A stretch of DNA of 63,103 bases, counting the filler, from Actinomycetota bacterium (GTDB lineage: Bacteria > Actinomycetota > Actinomycetes > JAKEEW01): NCBI GenBank assembly GCA_046725875.1. It is 4 parts of 4 records of this genome, joined end to end, with 100 filler letters (N's around TTAATTAATTAA, not from the genome) between each part and the next. Parts side by side here need not be neighbours in the genome. Positions count along the whole stretch, not along the records: positions 1 to 18,947 come from JBKOZJ010000156.1; 3 more parts are not named here. One strand, given 5' to 3'. The notes under the pieces are model-generated. The model had not been told where the DNA came from, ran no database searches, and saw only the letters and a list, made by a program, of their open reading frames with translations. Below, piece by piece: positions 9,722 to 18,675 of this stretch (its first letter is position 1; the number at the start of each line of letters is the position of its first letter). Made by a program: the position numbers and the translations under genes.

Positions 9722-10515
9722 TCAGGAGATCGCGCGACGGAGCATTGTCTCCACTCGACCGACGAACGCGTTGACCATCCGATCGTCCGGGCGGTCCGGC
9801 AGGTCGCCCCGCTGGAAGGCCAGCGCTGCCTTCAGCAGCGCGTGGACGTCCGGATCCGGATCCCGCTGGACGAGCCAATCCGCGCCCTCGACCTTCGAAC
9901 CGAGGCTGCCGGTCTCGAGGTATCGCCAGGAGCGAGCCGCGTTCAGCACCCGGTACGCCATTGAGGCGAACTCCGGCATGTAGTGGCCCTCCCATCCCGC
10001 CGCGCCGTGCTCGCGGGCCCACTCCGTGTCACTGAGGAATGCACGGATCAATGACCCTCGATCCGGTTTGATGAACACCTCGCCGGCTTCCCGTCCGATT
10101 AGGACGCGGGCTCGCTCCCGCGTTATTGCGAAGTGGATCACGAGGTTTCATCGCCTGGACGATCGGCGCCATCGATCACCGACGGTTCCTCGTGCGTGCT
10201 CACACGGACCTCGAAGGGCGGCGCGGTGGACGGCGTTTGTGCGACCGCCTCGCTCACAAGGCTCAGCTCTAGGTGGCCGCCGGACCGCGGCCTCGGGATC
10301 GCTGCCAGCGCCTTCCCCAGCGCCATGCGGCGCTTCTGATCGAGCGGTGTGGCGCAGACGGCCAGGATGTCCACGTCGCTGCGCCCGGCGTTGAACGCCC
10401 CCATCGCCAGCGAGCCGTGCAGGTACGCTCCAATGAGCTCCGCGCCAAGGTGCTCGCGCAGAGTAGCCACGACCCGATCAAGGTAGAGCTCGACCGCAGG
10501 CCCGGCGTCCTGCAT
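9722..10515 (-). pseudogene. Nucleotidyltransferase / AadA-like DUF4111 protein, split by a 1-bp frameshift
   Basis: N-half has YLHGSLAMG...SDVDIL (pol-beta NTase); C-half has VLNAARSW..SKVEGADW. Adding one base near 10146 gives GDEDLVIHFA and joins the two ORFs. Confidence 0.8.
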
Positions 10516-10549
10516 GGTCCGGATCTTACGGTTCAGACCCGCAACGCGT

Positions 10550-10575
10550 CGCGGGGATGTTGCCGACGTCGGCGG
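10550..10575 (+). repeat. Imperfect direct repeat, copy B (pairs with 9593-9618)
   Basis: CGCGGGGATGTTGCCGACGTCGGCGG. Confidence 0.7.
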
Positions 10576-10767
10576 GCGTGCCGGCCGAACGGTCGGCGTC
10601 TAAGCGGCCAGCCGCCGTCGCACTCCTCGCACCCTGCGACGCCCGTCGGGATCGTTTCCGGCTGCCCACCCACCGGTGTCGCTGGCGCCAATCCATTGAC
10701 CGACGCTTGAACGGGCGCAAAGGTGAGACGCTCTCCCCGTTGGCAATGATGGAGGAGGCGCAGACCC

Positions 10768-12750
10768 TTGAAGCCCAGCGATATCGGTGCTCTTCTGACC
10801 GTTGGCGAGCCCGCGGTCTCACCCGATGGTCGATCGATCGCGTTCGTGGTCACCCGGGTGGATGAGGAGGCGAACGACTACCGCAGCCAAGTGTGGCTGG
10901 CGGCGGCCGACGGCGCCTCCCCGCCCAGGCCCTTCACCACAGGAGACCACAAGGACGGACACCCGACCTGGTCACCGGACGGAAGCCGGCTCGCCTTCAC
11001 CTCCGAGCGCGGCGAAGGGGAGAAGGCAAAGACCACGCTGCATGTGGCGCCGGTCGACACCGGCGGCGAGGTCCTTACGTTGGCGCGATTGCAGGAGGGC
11101 GCAAATGGTCTGCGGTGGTCGCCCGATGGCCATTACATTGCGTTCACTACGCGTACTCGGGCCGACCGGTACGCGAGCGAGGACGAGAGAAGACAGCCGC
11201 CCCGGCGGCTTACGCGCCTCTTCTCCCGTCTGGACAACGTTGGATTCACAGCGGACCGTCCCGAGCACCTCTACGTGGTGGACGCGGATGGCACCCAGCC
11301 GCCGCGTAATCTCACGCCCGGCGAGTTCCAGTTCACAAGTCCCACCTGGACGCCGGACTCGTCCGCGTTGCTGGTCAGTGCCGCCGCCCATGACACTTGG
11401 GACCTCGATCTGCGCATTGATATTTACGCAGTGGGCCTCGAGGGCGTGCGCCATCCGGTGACCGGCACCACCGGCCAATACGTGACGCCGAGCGTCTCGC
11501 GCGACGGGTCCATGGTTGCCTTCGTCGGCATCGACGACGCGGACTCGTACCCGCGGAACATGCACGTGGGCGTCATGGCAGTCGAGGGGGGCGAGCACCG
11601 CTGGGTTTCCCTCGCCCTGGACCGGACCTTTCAACCCTTCCCCGACCACAGGGCGCCGCATTGGCTTGACGATTCGAGTCTGCTGGTGAGCGTCGAAGAC
11701 CGCGGCAATGTTCACCTCTACCGCCTGGCCGCGGACGGGTCGACGTCACCCGAGGGCCTTTGGACGGGTGAAGGCTGTGTCACCGGCTTCGACGAGCGGG
11801 CGGGAACCACGGCGTTCACGCTGTCCGCTCCGACGCATCCTGCCGAGCTGTACGTTCTCGAGGACGGGGCCGCGCGGCAGCTCACCAGCCTCACCTCCGC
11901 GTTCTCGAAGCAGGCGGAGCTGCGACCGTCTGAACCCTTCCGGGTGCAGTCGGCCGACCGCACCACCGAGATCGACGCGTGGATCCTCACCCCGCCGGGC
12001 TTCGATCCTGCAGGCTCTTATCCCGCGCTGGTCAACGTGCACGGCGGACCCTTTGCGCAATACGCCAACCGGTTCTTCGATGAGTTCCAAATTCAGGCTG
12101 CTGCGGGCTACGTCGTGGTCTGGTGCAATCCACGAGGAAGCTCGGGACGCGAGGAGTCCTTCGGCAGGGCGATCTCTGGCCAGCCGCTCGGTGGAACCGG
12201 CTGGGGGAGTGTCGACTACGACGACGTTATGGCGGTGGTCGACCAAGCGCTGACGTCCTATCCAGCCATCGACGGGGACCGCCTCGGCATACTCGGCGGC
12301 AGTTACGGCGGTTACATGACGTCCTGGGTCGTCGGCCATACCGATCGATTTCGCGCGGCTTGTAGCGAACGGGCGGCCAACAATCTGCTGAGCCTGGAGT
12401 GGGCGAGCGACCTGGCCAGCGCATTCCGCCTCTACATGGGCAAGAACCATCTAGAGGCGCCGGAGCTCTACCAAGCGATGTCCCCGATCGGCCAGGTTCG
12501 CGACATCAGGACACCCCTCCTGATCATTCACTCGGAGAACGACCTGCGGTGTCCGATCGAGCAGGCCGAACAGATGTTCGTCGCCCTCCGAATGCTGCAG
12601 CAGGAGGTCGAGTTCGTGCGGTTCCCGGAGGAGAGCCACGAACTCTCTCGCTCGGGGTCACCGGCACATCGGCGGCAGCGTGCCGAGATCATCCTGGAGT
12701 TCTTCGACCGGCACCTCAAGCCGGACGCACGGCGCGACGCCGCCGGCTGA
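10768..12750 (+). CDS. S9 family (acylaminoacyl) serine peptidase
   Basis: PD40/beta-propeller repeats (WSPDG), HGGP, GGSYGG nucleophile, DLRC and ESHELSRSG triad; TTG start with GGAGGAGG RBS. Confidence 0.93.
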   Translation: MKPSDIGALLTVGEPAVSPDGRSIAFVVTRVDEEANDYRSQVWLAAADGASPPRPFTTGDHKDGHPTWSPDGSRLAFTSERGEGEKAKTTLHVAPVDTGGEVLTLARLQEGANGLRWSPDGHYIAFTTRTRADRYASEDERRQPPRRLTRLFSRLDNVGFTADRPEHLYVVDADGTQPPRNLTPGEFQFTSPTWTPDSSALLVSAAAHDTWDLDLRIDIYAVGLEGVRHPVTGTTGQYVTPSVSRDGSMVAFVGIDDADSYPRNMHVGVMAVEGGEHRWVSLALDRTFQPFPDHRAPHWLDDSSLLVSVEDRGNVHLYRLAADGSTSPEGLWTGEGCVTGFDERAGTTAFTLSAPTHPAELYVLEDGAARQLTSLTSAFSKQAELRPSEPFRVQSADRTTEIDAWILTPPGFDPAGSYPALVNVHGGPFAQYANRFFDEFQIQAAAGYVVVWCNPRGSSGREESFGRAISGQPLGGTGWGSVDYDDVMAVVDQALTSYPAIDGDRLGILGGSYGGYMTSWVVGHTDRFRAACSERAANNLLSLEWASDLASAFRLYMGKNHLEAPELYQAMSPIGQVRDIRTPLLIIHSENDLRCPIEQAEQMFVALRMLQQEVEFVRFPEESHELSRSGSPAHRRQRAEIILEFFDRHLKPDARRDAAG

Positions 12751-12985
12751 GCCGATCTACGGTCCGTGCCGGCAGGCCGTTGGCGCGGACGACCGGGTCG
12801 TAGCGGATCAAGGGCCAGCCGATGGTCGGTGATCCCAACTGCCGGAGGGGAGATCCGGGCTGAGCCGTCCTCGTGTCAACCCCTGCCCTCGAGACGCGGA
12901 CCGAAATAGAGGACACGCGTGAAGTGCCGGCGTCCGGGCACAGAAACCTAACCTGCGGGACAAGCCCGACCAAGTGAGGTCTGTC

Positions 12986-13219
12986 ATGGCGGTCTGTGAA
13001 GTCTGCGGTAACGACTACGCGATGAGCTTCGAGGTGCATGCCCGGGGAGCCGTCCACGTGTTCGACAGCTTCGAATGCGCCATCCAGCGAATGGCGCCGA
13101 TCTGTGAGCACTGCGAGTGCAAGATCATCGGCCACGGAGTCGAGGCGGACGGGCACTTCTACTGCTGCGCGCACTGTGCCCGGAAAGAAGGCGCGATGGC
13201 CGTAGTCGACCACGTCTAG
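12986..13219 (+). CDS. Small Cys/His-rich metallothionein-like protein
   Basis: CEVCGNDY...FDSFECAI...CEHCECKIIGHGVE..FYCCAHCA; GAGG RBS. Confidence 0.82.
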   Translation: MAVCEVCGNDYAMSFEVHARGAVHVFDSFECAIQRMAPICEHCECKIIGHGVEADGHFYCCAHCARKEGAMAVVDHV

Positions 13220-13297
13220 GTGTCCACGTCCGAGGCTTTTGTGCTCCGGGGCCGGGAGGGAATGCTGCCCGGGGAAGCATGGTCGCGGGTATCGTGA

Positions 13298-13753
13298 TCA
13301 TTCGCCACCAAGGTCGACTTGGTAGGCCTCGTAGAGCAGGTCCGCCCCGCGTTGCCGGTGGCGGCTCAACACGCTCAATGCAATGGTGAGCCGCTCGCGT
13401 ACCCCCTCCAGGGTGGTCTCCTCGGTGTCCAGTTCCCCTGCGGCAGCGGCCAGCTCTCCGGCGATCTGGCCGTGTTCTCGACGCAGTCGGGTCAGTACGG
13501 TCACCAGCCTTGGCGCGTCCGTGCGTATTTGATCGAACAGCCCCCCGCGACCCTCGGTCGTCGAGACATGAGCGGTGAACGCCTCGCGTAGGCGGTGGAC
13601 CGCGGGCGCTACCTGCTCCACCCATCCATCGGGGCGACCCATTAGTGGTGCGGCGAGCGCTGCTTCCAACTCCTGCGCCGCTTGGCGCAACCGGATTCGG
13701 TGGGCTCGGACGGCGGACAGGTCATCCGAAGTGGTGACGGCATCCTCGGACAT
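13298..13753 (-). CDS. Hemerythrin-like helical protein
   Basis: HxxxTEG..GLF, RLRREH, LSRHRQRGADLLYEAY..D.GG motif pattern; GAGGTGG RBS before ATG 13753. Confidence 0.75.
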   Translation of the reverse strand: MSEDAVTTSDDLSAVRAHRIRLRQAAQELEAALAAPLMGRPDGWVEQVAPAVHRLREAFTAHVSTTEGRGGLFDQIRTDAPRLVTVLTRLRREHGQIAGELAAAAGELDTEETTLEGVRERLTIALSVLSRHRQRGADLLYEAYQVDLGGE

Positions 13754-13939
13754 AGCATCCACCTCAGCGCGAAGCGTCCGTACCTCGATGTGATGCCCGG
13801 ACAGCGAGGCCGCCATCCCACCGCCCATCCCCAACGTGCCATCCTCCCTAAAGCGCGATGCCCTCATCTGGGCTCGGACCATGAGAGGGTCGGGTACGCA
13901 GCAAAGGGAGTTCCGGACCACAGTAAGGAGCTTGCTGCC

Positions 13940-14335
13940 ATGCAGCACTTCACCATCGCCACGATCGCCGAGCAGAGCGCCGATTTCCGACGCGTTCTCT
14001 GGACCGGAGTCCATCTCCAGCTCGTGATAATGACCATCCCTCCGGGTGGAGAGATCGGCGAGGAGGTGCACGAAGACACGGATCAGATGCTGACGTTCGT
14101 CAGCGGCACGGGGGAGGCGGTGGTAGCCGGAGAGACCAGGAAGGTGAACCAGGGCGACCTCGTCGCGGTCCCCGCCGGCACCAGGCACAACTTCCGCAAC
14201 ACCGGGGCGAACCCGCTGGTTCTCTACACCATGTATGGACCGCCGGCGCACGCCGAGGGCACCGTACATGCCACAAAGGAGGAAGCCGAGGCGGCCGAAG
14301 CGGCCGGGACAGACAAGCCACCTCGATCGGCATAA
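13940..14335 (+). CDS. Cupin domain protein
   Basis: FRRVLWTG.HLQLVIMTIPPGGEIGEEVH...VPAGTRHNF; AAGGAG RBS. Confidence 0.9.
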   Translation: MQHFTIATIAEQSADFRRVLWTGVHLQLVIMTIPPGGEIGEEVHEDTDQMLTFVSGTGEAVVAGETRKVNQGDLVAVPAGTRHNFRNTGANPLVLYTMYGPPAHAEGTVHATKEEAEAAEAAGTDKPPRSA

Positions 14336-14553
14336 CACTCGCCACTCCACGGCGAGAGCCCGATGACACGGCGCCAGAACCCCCACCCGGCGGCACCACA
14401 GCGCATCTGTCCGGACCTACTCGACGAAGGCTACAAAGGGCTCAAGGTAGGCCAGCTCGTCACGATGTCTGGCGACGCCATCGGGTCGCATGCCTCCTCG
14501 GCGTCATTTCTCCGGGTCATAGGGTTCAGGCCTACTCCGTCAGGCATCTACTC

Positions 14554-14591
14554 GGGGTCTGCCGGCCCGGTCGCTCAGGGCGAAGGACCCT
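14554..14591. promoter_or_regulatory. Tandem DosR/DevR/OsdR-like boxes upstream of SHOCT gene
   Basis: GGGGTCTGCCGGCCCG (14554-14569) and CAGGGCGAAGGACCCT (14576-14591), 22 bp apart. Confidence 0.5.
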
Positions 14592-14663
14592 GGCTGCACC
14601 CATTGAAAGGGCGGCAGCGTGGCATTGGAGGTTTTAAGGCGTTGGTCCGAGGAGGAGATCAAG

Positions 14664-14936
14664 ATGATGTTCTGGGACGACAGCGGCGTGGGCTGGTGGG
14701 GTCACCTGCTCATGATCGTCACCATGGTCGTCTTCTCGGGTCTAATAATCGCGGGCATCGTCGCGCTCGTCCGTTATGTGGGCCGGGAACCGGAGCCATT
14801 CCAGACCCGTACGGCCCCGTCGACACCCGAGGAGATTCTCGCTGCGCGGTTCGCCCGGGGCGAGCTCGACGAGGAGGAGTACCGGCGGCGCTTGGATGTG
14901 CTGCGCAGCGACAGGAGGCCAGTCACCAGGCCATGA
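14664..14936 (+). CDS. SHOCT domain membrane protein
   Basis: One TM helix then PEEILAARFARGELDEEEYRRRLDVL; GAGGAGG RBS. Confidence 0.88.
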   Translation: MMFWDDSGVGWWGHLLMIVTMVVFSGLIIAGIVALVRYVGREPEPFQTRTAPSTPEEILAARFARGELDEEEYRRRLDVLRSDRRPVTRP

Positions 14937-15014
14937 TCCAGACGGTGCTCCAGCTCCCTCACCGGTGGCTCATCGGCCGAGGTGAGTCCGCCGAGGGCCC
15001 GGAGTGATATCAGC

Positions 15015-15413
15015 ATGGATGGTCGTACCCGCGTGTGGCGTTTCCGGCACGTGGCCACACATTACCTCGATCCGATCCTGCTCCCAATCGTGCGGAGGCT
15101 TCCCACCTTCGGCATCCTGACGCACCAAGGCCGGAAGACGGGACGCACGTATCACACCCCAATCAACGTGTTTCGACGCGGTGATACGTATCTGTTCTTC
15201 CTCACCTACGGGTCGGATGTGGAGTGGGTGAAGAACATCCTCGCCGCGGGCTCGTGTTCGCTCGAAACCCGCGGTCGGGTCGTGATGCTCGTGGAGCCTC
15301 AGTTGATCACCGATCCTGAACTCCGGCTCGCGCCGCCTGTCATCCGGTTCGTCGAGCGACGAGTCGCCGGCGTAACCCAATACCTGCGGATGCGATCTGC
15401 CCAGGGGCAGTGA
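15015..15413 (+). CDS. Deazaflavin (F420H2)-dependent nitroreductase family protein
   Basis: LTHQGRKTGRTYHTP...TYGSDVEWVKNILAAG motif. Confidence 0.85.
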   Translation: MDGRTRVWRFRHVATHYLDPILLPIVRRLPTFGILTHQGRKTGRTYHTPINVFRRGDTYLFFLTYGSDVEWVKNILAAGSCSLETRGRVVMLVEPQLITDPELRLAPPVIRFVERRVAGVTQYLRMRSAQGQ

Positions 15414-15429
15414 CTTTGGCCGGAACGTT

Positions 15430-15702
15430 TCAGCGTCGCCGGGGGATGCGGAGGGTCGCCATCAGGCGGTCGCGGATCAGCGGGTCCGTACTCGCAACAT
15501 CGGAAACCGTGAGCCGACCGGCGATGTGGACAACGGTTCGCCACTGCTGAAGCGCGGCTCGGCATCCCTCGCAACCCTCGAGATGGTCGTCGACCCGTCT
15601 GCGCTGGCGCTCGTCGAGCGCCCCGTCAAGGTACGCGGTCACCATGTCGACGAACTCGATGCAGCGCAGGTCCTCCGCATGCCGACTGGACTTGTCTGTC
15701 AT
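15430..15702 (-). CDS. Soluble zf-HC2 (ZAS) anti-sigma factor
   Basis: C.EFVDMVTAYLDGAL...HLEGCEGC (HxxxCxxC); ATGA overlap with the upstream gene's stop. Confidence 0.88.
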   Translation of the reverse strand: MTDKSSRHAEDLRCIEFVDMVTAYLDGALDERQRRRVDDHLEGCEGCRAALQQWRTVVHIAGRLTVSDVASTDPLIRDRLMATLRIPRRR

Positions 15703-17336
15703 GTGTTGCTCCTGGCCGCGAAGTGCTGTTCCAGCCGTGCGCGGACAAGGCCGCGGGCCAGATGCAACTTGGATCGCTCGTCCTCGGCGGTGAGGCCGAG
15801 GACCTGGCGCACCTCAGTGGGTGATGCCTTCTCGATATCCCGGAGCACAATCACTTGCCGCAGGTCCGGTGGCATCTCGACGATCGCCGCGCGAGCCTGC
15901 GCCAATGCCTCGTCGCCGTCGACGCGCATGCCTAGTTCCGTCCATGCGGCGGGGGGCTGCGACCAGTGACCCGGCCACGCCGGATCGTCCGAGGGAAGGA
16001 AGCGGTCGGCGGGGAACGAGTGAACCTCCTCCGGTGCCGCTTCGGCCACGGCGCGTTCGATCTGTACGGCCGGAGGTGGAGCAGCGGGTAGCACGACGAT
16101 CAGGAGGAACGCGGTCGCGAACGCGATCGCCACCAAGAGCCATGCCGCGCTATCCACACCCGCGCGCTGGCTGACGAACCCGAACACGAGAGCGAACGGG
16201 ACGAACGTCAGCCACGTAAGTGTTCCCACCCCCGACGCGACGCCCGCTCGGATCGTGGACGGTACGGAGTCATGAAGCCGTCGCAGTGCGGGGATGCTGA
16301 CCGCCACCACCAGCAATGTCAACAGCACTTGCGCCGCCACCACTACGAGCGCCTGACCGCTGAGGGCGAGAATGATGCAGCACCCGATAAGCCCCACTGC
16401 CAAGAGCACGGCCGCCCGCCGGCGGGTCATCCACGGGCGTGCACCGAGTAGCCCGCCCAAACCCAACGCCGCGGTCAGGCCCGCCCAATGCGGCCCGTAC
16501 AGGAAGGCAGGCACGCTCAGCGCGACCAGCCAGAGCGGTCCAAACTCCAGCATCCCCTGCATCAGCACCGCCCCGGCCACCATCAGGGCGACGACCGGGC
16601 GGAGATGCCCCCGTTGCAAAACTGTTCGGTAGGTGGTCGCAAGCTGGCGGCGTATCGACTCGGGTTCGTCCGCCCGGTGCAACCGGGGCTCCCGGAATGC
16701 AAACAGAGCGAAGCAGGACGCGGCCAACAGAGGAGCGGTCAGGAAGTACGTAGCACGCAGTGGGGCGATCTCGGCGATCGCGCCACCGACCAGCGCACTG
16801 ATGACCAGTGACACACTCTCCACCAGCCGAACCCGGCCAATGGTCTGCTCGAATACGTGGCTGTCTCCAGTCTCTTCGAGCACTGTGTCATAGACGATCG
16901 ACTCGATGGTGCCGGATTGCGCGGCGAAGAACACACCGAGAAAGAACGCCGACACCATGTATGTCGCGACGTTCTGGCTGAGGCCACCGATCACCACGCT
17001 CAGCACGGCTGCGAGCGACGCCAAGGCGAGCACACCGCGCCGGCTCCACCGATCGGCGAGCACGCCGGAGGGCACCTCCAGTATCGGCACTACGACGGCG
17101 TACACGGCTGCCATCAGTCCCACGCTGGCCGACGTGAACCCGATGCTGGTCATGAACAATTTCTCGATGGGCACCCAGAGAGCAAGGTTCTGCAGGAACG
17201 CCGCGGTATAGAGCGGGACGAGACGCCCGCCCAGTCCGGCTCTCCGCAGTCCCACGTGGGCCGTGCTACGCCGAGCAATCAAGAGGTCCGGTTTCCTTAA
17301 GCACGTGGTCGAGATGCGTTTCAATCGCCGCTTCAT
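15699..17336 (-). CDS. MFS transporter fused to C-terminal ECF sigma-factor half (linker + sigma-4)
   Basis: About 12 TM MFS (LEVPSGVLADRWSRR motif A), then in frame DRFLPSDDPAWPGHW..PP..W and MPPDLRQVIVLRDIE..S..EV..VLG......KLHLAR..VR. Alternative start TTG 17282 after AAGGA. Confidence 0.85.
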   Translation of the reverse strand: MKRRLKRISTTCLRKPDLLIARRSTAHVGLRRAGLGGRLVPLYTAAFLQNLALWVPIEKLFMTSIGFTSASVGLMAAVYAVVVPILEVPSGVLADRWSRRGVLALASLAAVLSVVIGGLSQNVATYMVSAFFLGVFFAAQSGTIESIVYDTVLEETGDSHVFEQTIGRVRLVESVSLVISALVGGAIAEIAPLRATYFLTAPLLAASCFALFAFREPRLHRADEPESIRRQLATTYRTVLQRGHLRPVVALMVAGAVLMQGMLEFGPLWLVALSVPAFLYGPHWAGLTAALGLGGLLGARPWMTRRRAAVLLAVGLIGCCIILALSGQALVVVAAQVLLTLLVVAVSIPALRRLHDSVPSTIRAGVASGVGTLTWLTFVPFALVFGFVSQRAGVDSAAWLLVAIAFATAFLLIVVLPAAPPPAVQIERAVAEAAPEEVHSFPADRFLPSDDPAWPGHWSQPPAAWTELGMRVDGDEALAQARAAIVEMPPDLRQVIVLRDIEKASPTEVRQVLGLTAEDERSKLHLARGLVRARLEQHFAARSNT

Positions 17337-17390
17337 CCAAAGCGTCTACCTGAGCCACATCCACGAGACCGCCGGTCCGGCTGAAGCCGC

Positions 17391-17849
17391 TCACTGCGAG
17401 ACCAGGCGGTCTAGGTTGTCGAAGGAGCCCTCCCAACCCTCGCGGTGCGACCGACGACTCTGCTCGTCGACCAATCCGCGGTTGGTCATCACGACCGTGG
17501 TTGTCCCATCCGGATGCTCGGTGAAATCGATCTCAACGAGTTGAACCCCTTCGGCGACGTCGGATCGGTCCCATTCCCAGGTGAACACCAGCCGCGTCGG
17601 TGGTGTGATCTCCCGATACTCGCCACCGCCACCGAACTCCTCACCGTCCGGGCTGCGCATCACAACTCGCAGCCGACCGCCTACCCGCAGGTCGACCTCC
17701 GCGACGGGCGTGTCCCAGTCGGCGCCCGGCGGATACCAGCGGCGCAGCAACTCTGGACTCGTCCAGGCCTCGAACACCGCCTGCGCCGGTGCGGCGAACC
17801 TGCGCTCGATACGGATCGCCGTCGCATCTTGATCCCCGGGTGCGGTCAC
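17391..17849 (-). CDS. SRPBCC/AHSA1 domain protein
   Basis: IERRFAAPAQAVFEAWTSPE, DLRVGG, PPTRLVFTW, GW..SFDNL. Confidence 0.9.
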   Translation of the reverse strand: MTAPGDQDATAIRIERRFAAPAQAVFEAWTSPELLRRWYPPGADWDTPVAEVDLRVGGRLRVVMRSPDGEEFGGGGEYREITPPTRLVFTWEWDRSDVAEGVQLVEIDFTEHPDGTTTVVMTNRGLVDEQSRRSHREGWEGSFDNLDRLVSQ

Positions 17850-18163
17850 GGACGCTCCTCCCGTTCGCTGAGCAGGTCATCGACAGCATCAAACATCCGG
17901 GTCCAGATCGCGCGCTGACGATCGAACCACTCGGCCACCTCAGCGAGCGGCGCAACGTTCAAGCCGAGTTGGTGCGTGCGACCCTCCACCCTCCGCACGA
18001 CTACCCCGGCACGTTCCAACACCTTTAGATGCTTGGAGATCGTCGGTTTGGAGACACCAAACCCACGCGTCACGACGCCGACCGTGGCCGGCCCTTGAGC
18101 CAGCCGCTCGACGATCTCGCGGCGGATTGGATGGGCAACCGCCCGGAACGGATCGTTAGCCAT
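17846..18163 (-). CDS. ArsR/SmtB family transcriptional regulator
   Basis: FRAVAHPIRREIVERL..GPATV...SKPTISKHLKVLERAG; GTGA overlap with SRPBCC gene. Confidence 0.9.
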   Translation of the reverse strand: MANDPFRAVAHPIRREIVERLAQGPATVGVVTRGFGVSKPTISKHLKVLERAGVVVRRVEGRTHQLGLNVAPLAEVAEWFDRQRAIWTRMFDAVDDLLSEREERP

Positions 18164-18172
18164 TCGGCTAAC
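18155..18172. promoter_or_regulatory. Putative ArsR autoregulatory operator overlapping the start codon
   Basis: Perfect inverted repeat GTTAGCC-N4-GGCTAAC. Confidence 0.65.
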
Positions 18173-18675
18173 CATATCGCACCGCCGGCACAGCAGCTGA
18201 AGTCCCTGGGCCCGACCGCCACCGATCCGCCGCGGCGGCCAGCGGTCATGCACAGGACGACAGGAGGCCGGGCTCGCCCGGCCTGCGTCAGGTCCGCCCA
18301 ATTGGACCCGCAAACCAGCAGGCCTCGGTAGGCTCCTCGATTGGGGAACGGGTGTCGGGGCGGCCCCAGCTGCGCCTTACGGGGGGACTCAGGCGGACCA
18401 GCTGGGGCCGCGTCTATGGGCGCACGGCGAACGGGCGGCGGTCGGCGGTCCCGCATTGAAGTCTAGCCACCTTATGCGGATCCAGTGCCAGAACCGGCTC
18501 CTGTGTGCGGATTCCGTCATAGCGCCGGCCTGATTTGTCGCGCTTACGCAGAGCCAAGCCAAGCCTTGGCCATCCGCCGGCTCACGGAGTTGCGCAGAGG
18601 CGACGCCGACACATGGGCCCAGTTAGGGAGGCGCTAGGCTGCGAACGCTCCCCACCCGCGACGAAGGAGGGTGTC

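Noticed and set aside
14400..14490. Cold-shock-domain-like snippet DEGYKGLKVGQLVT
   Set aside because: Too short and lacks RNP1/RNP2 motifs; may be chance.
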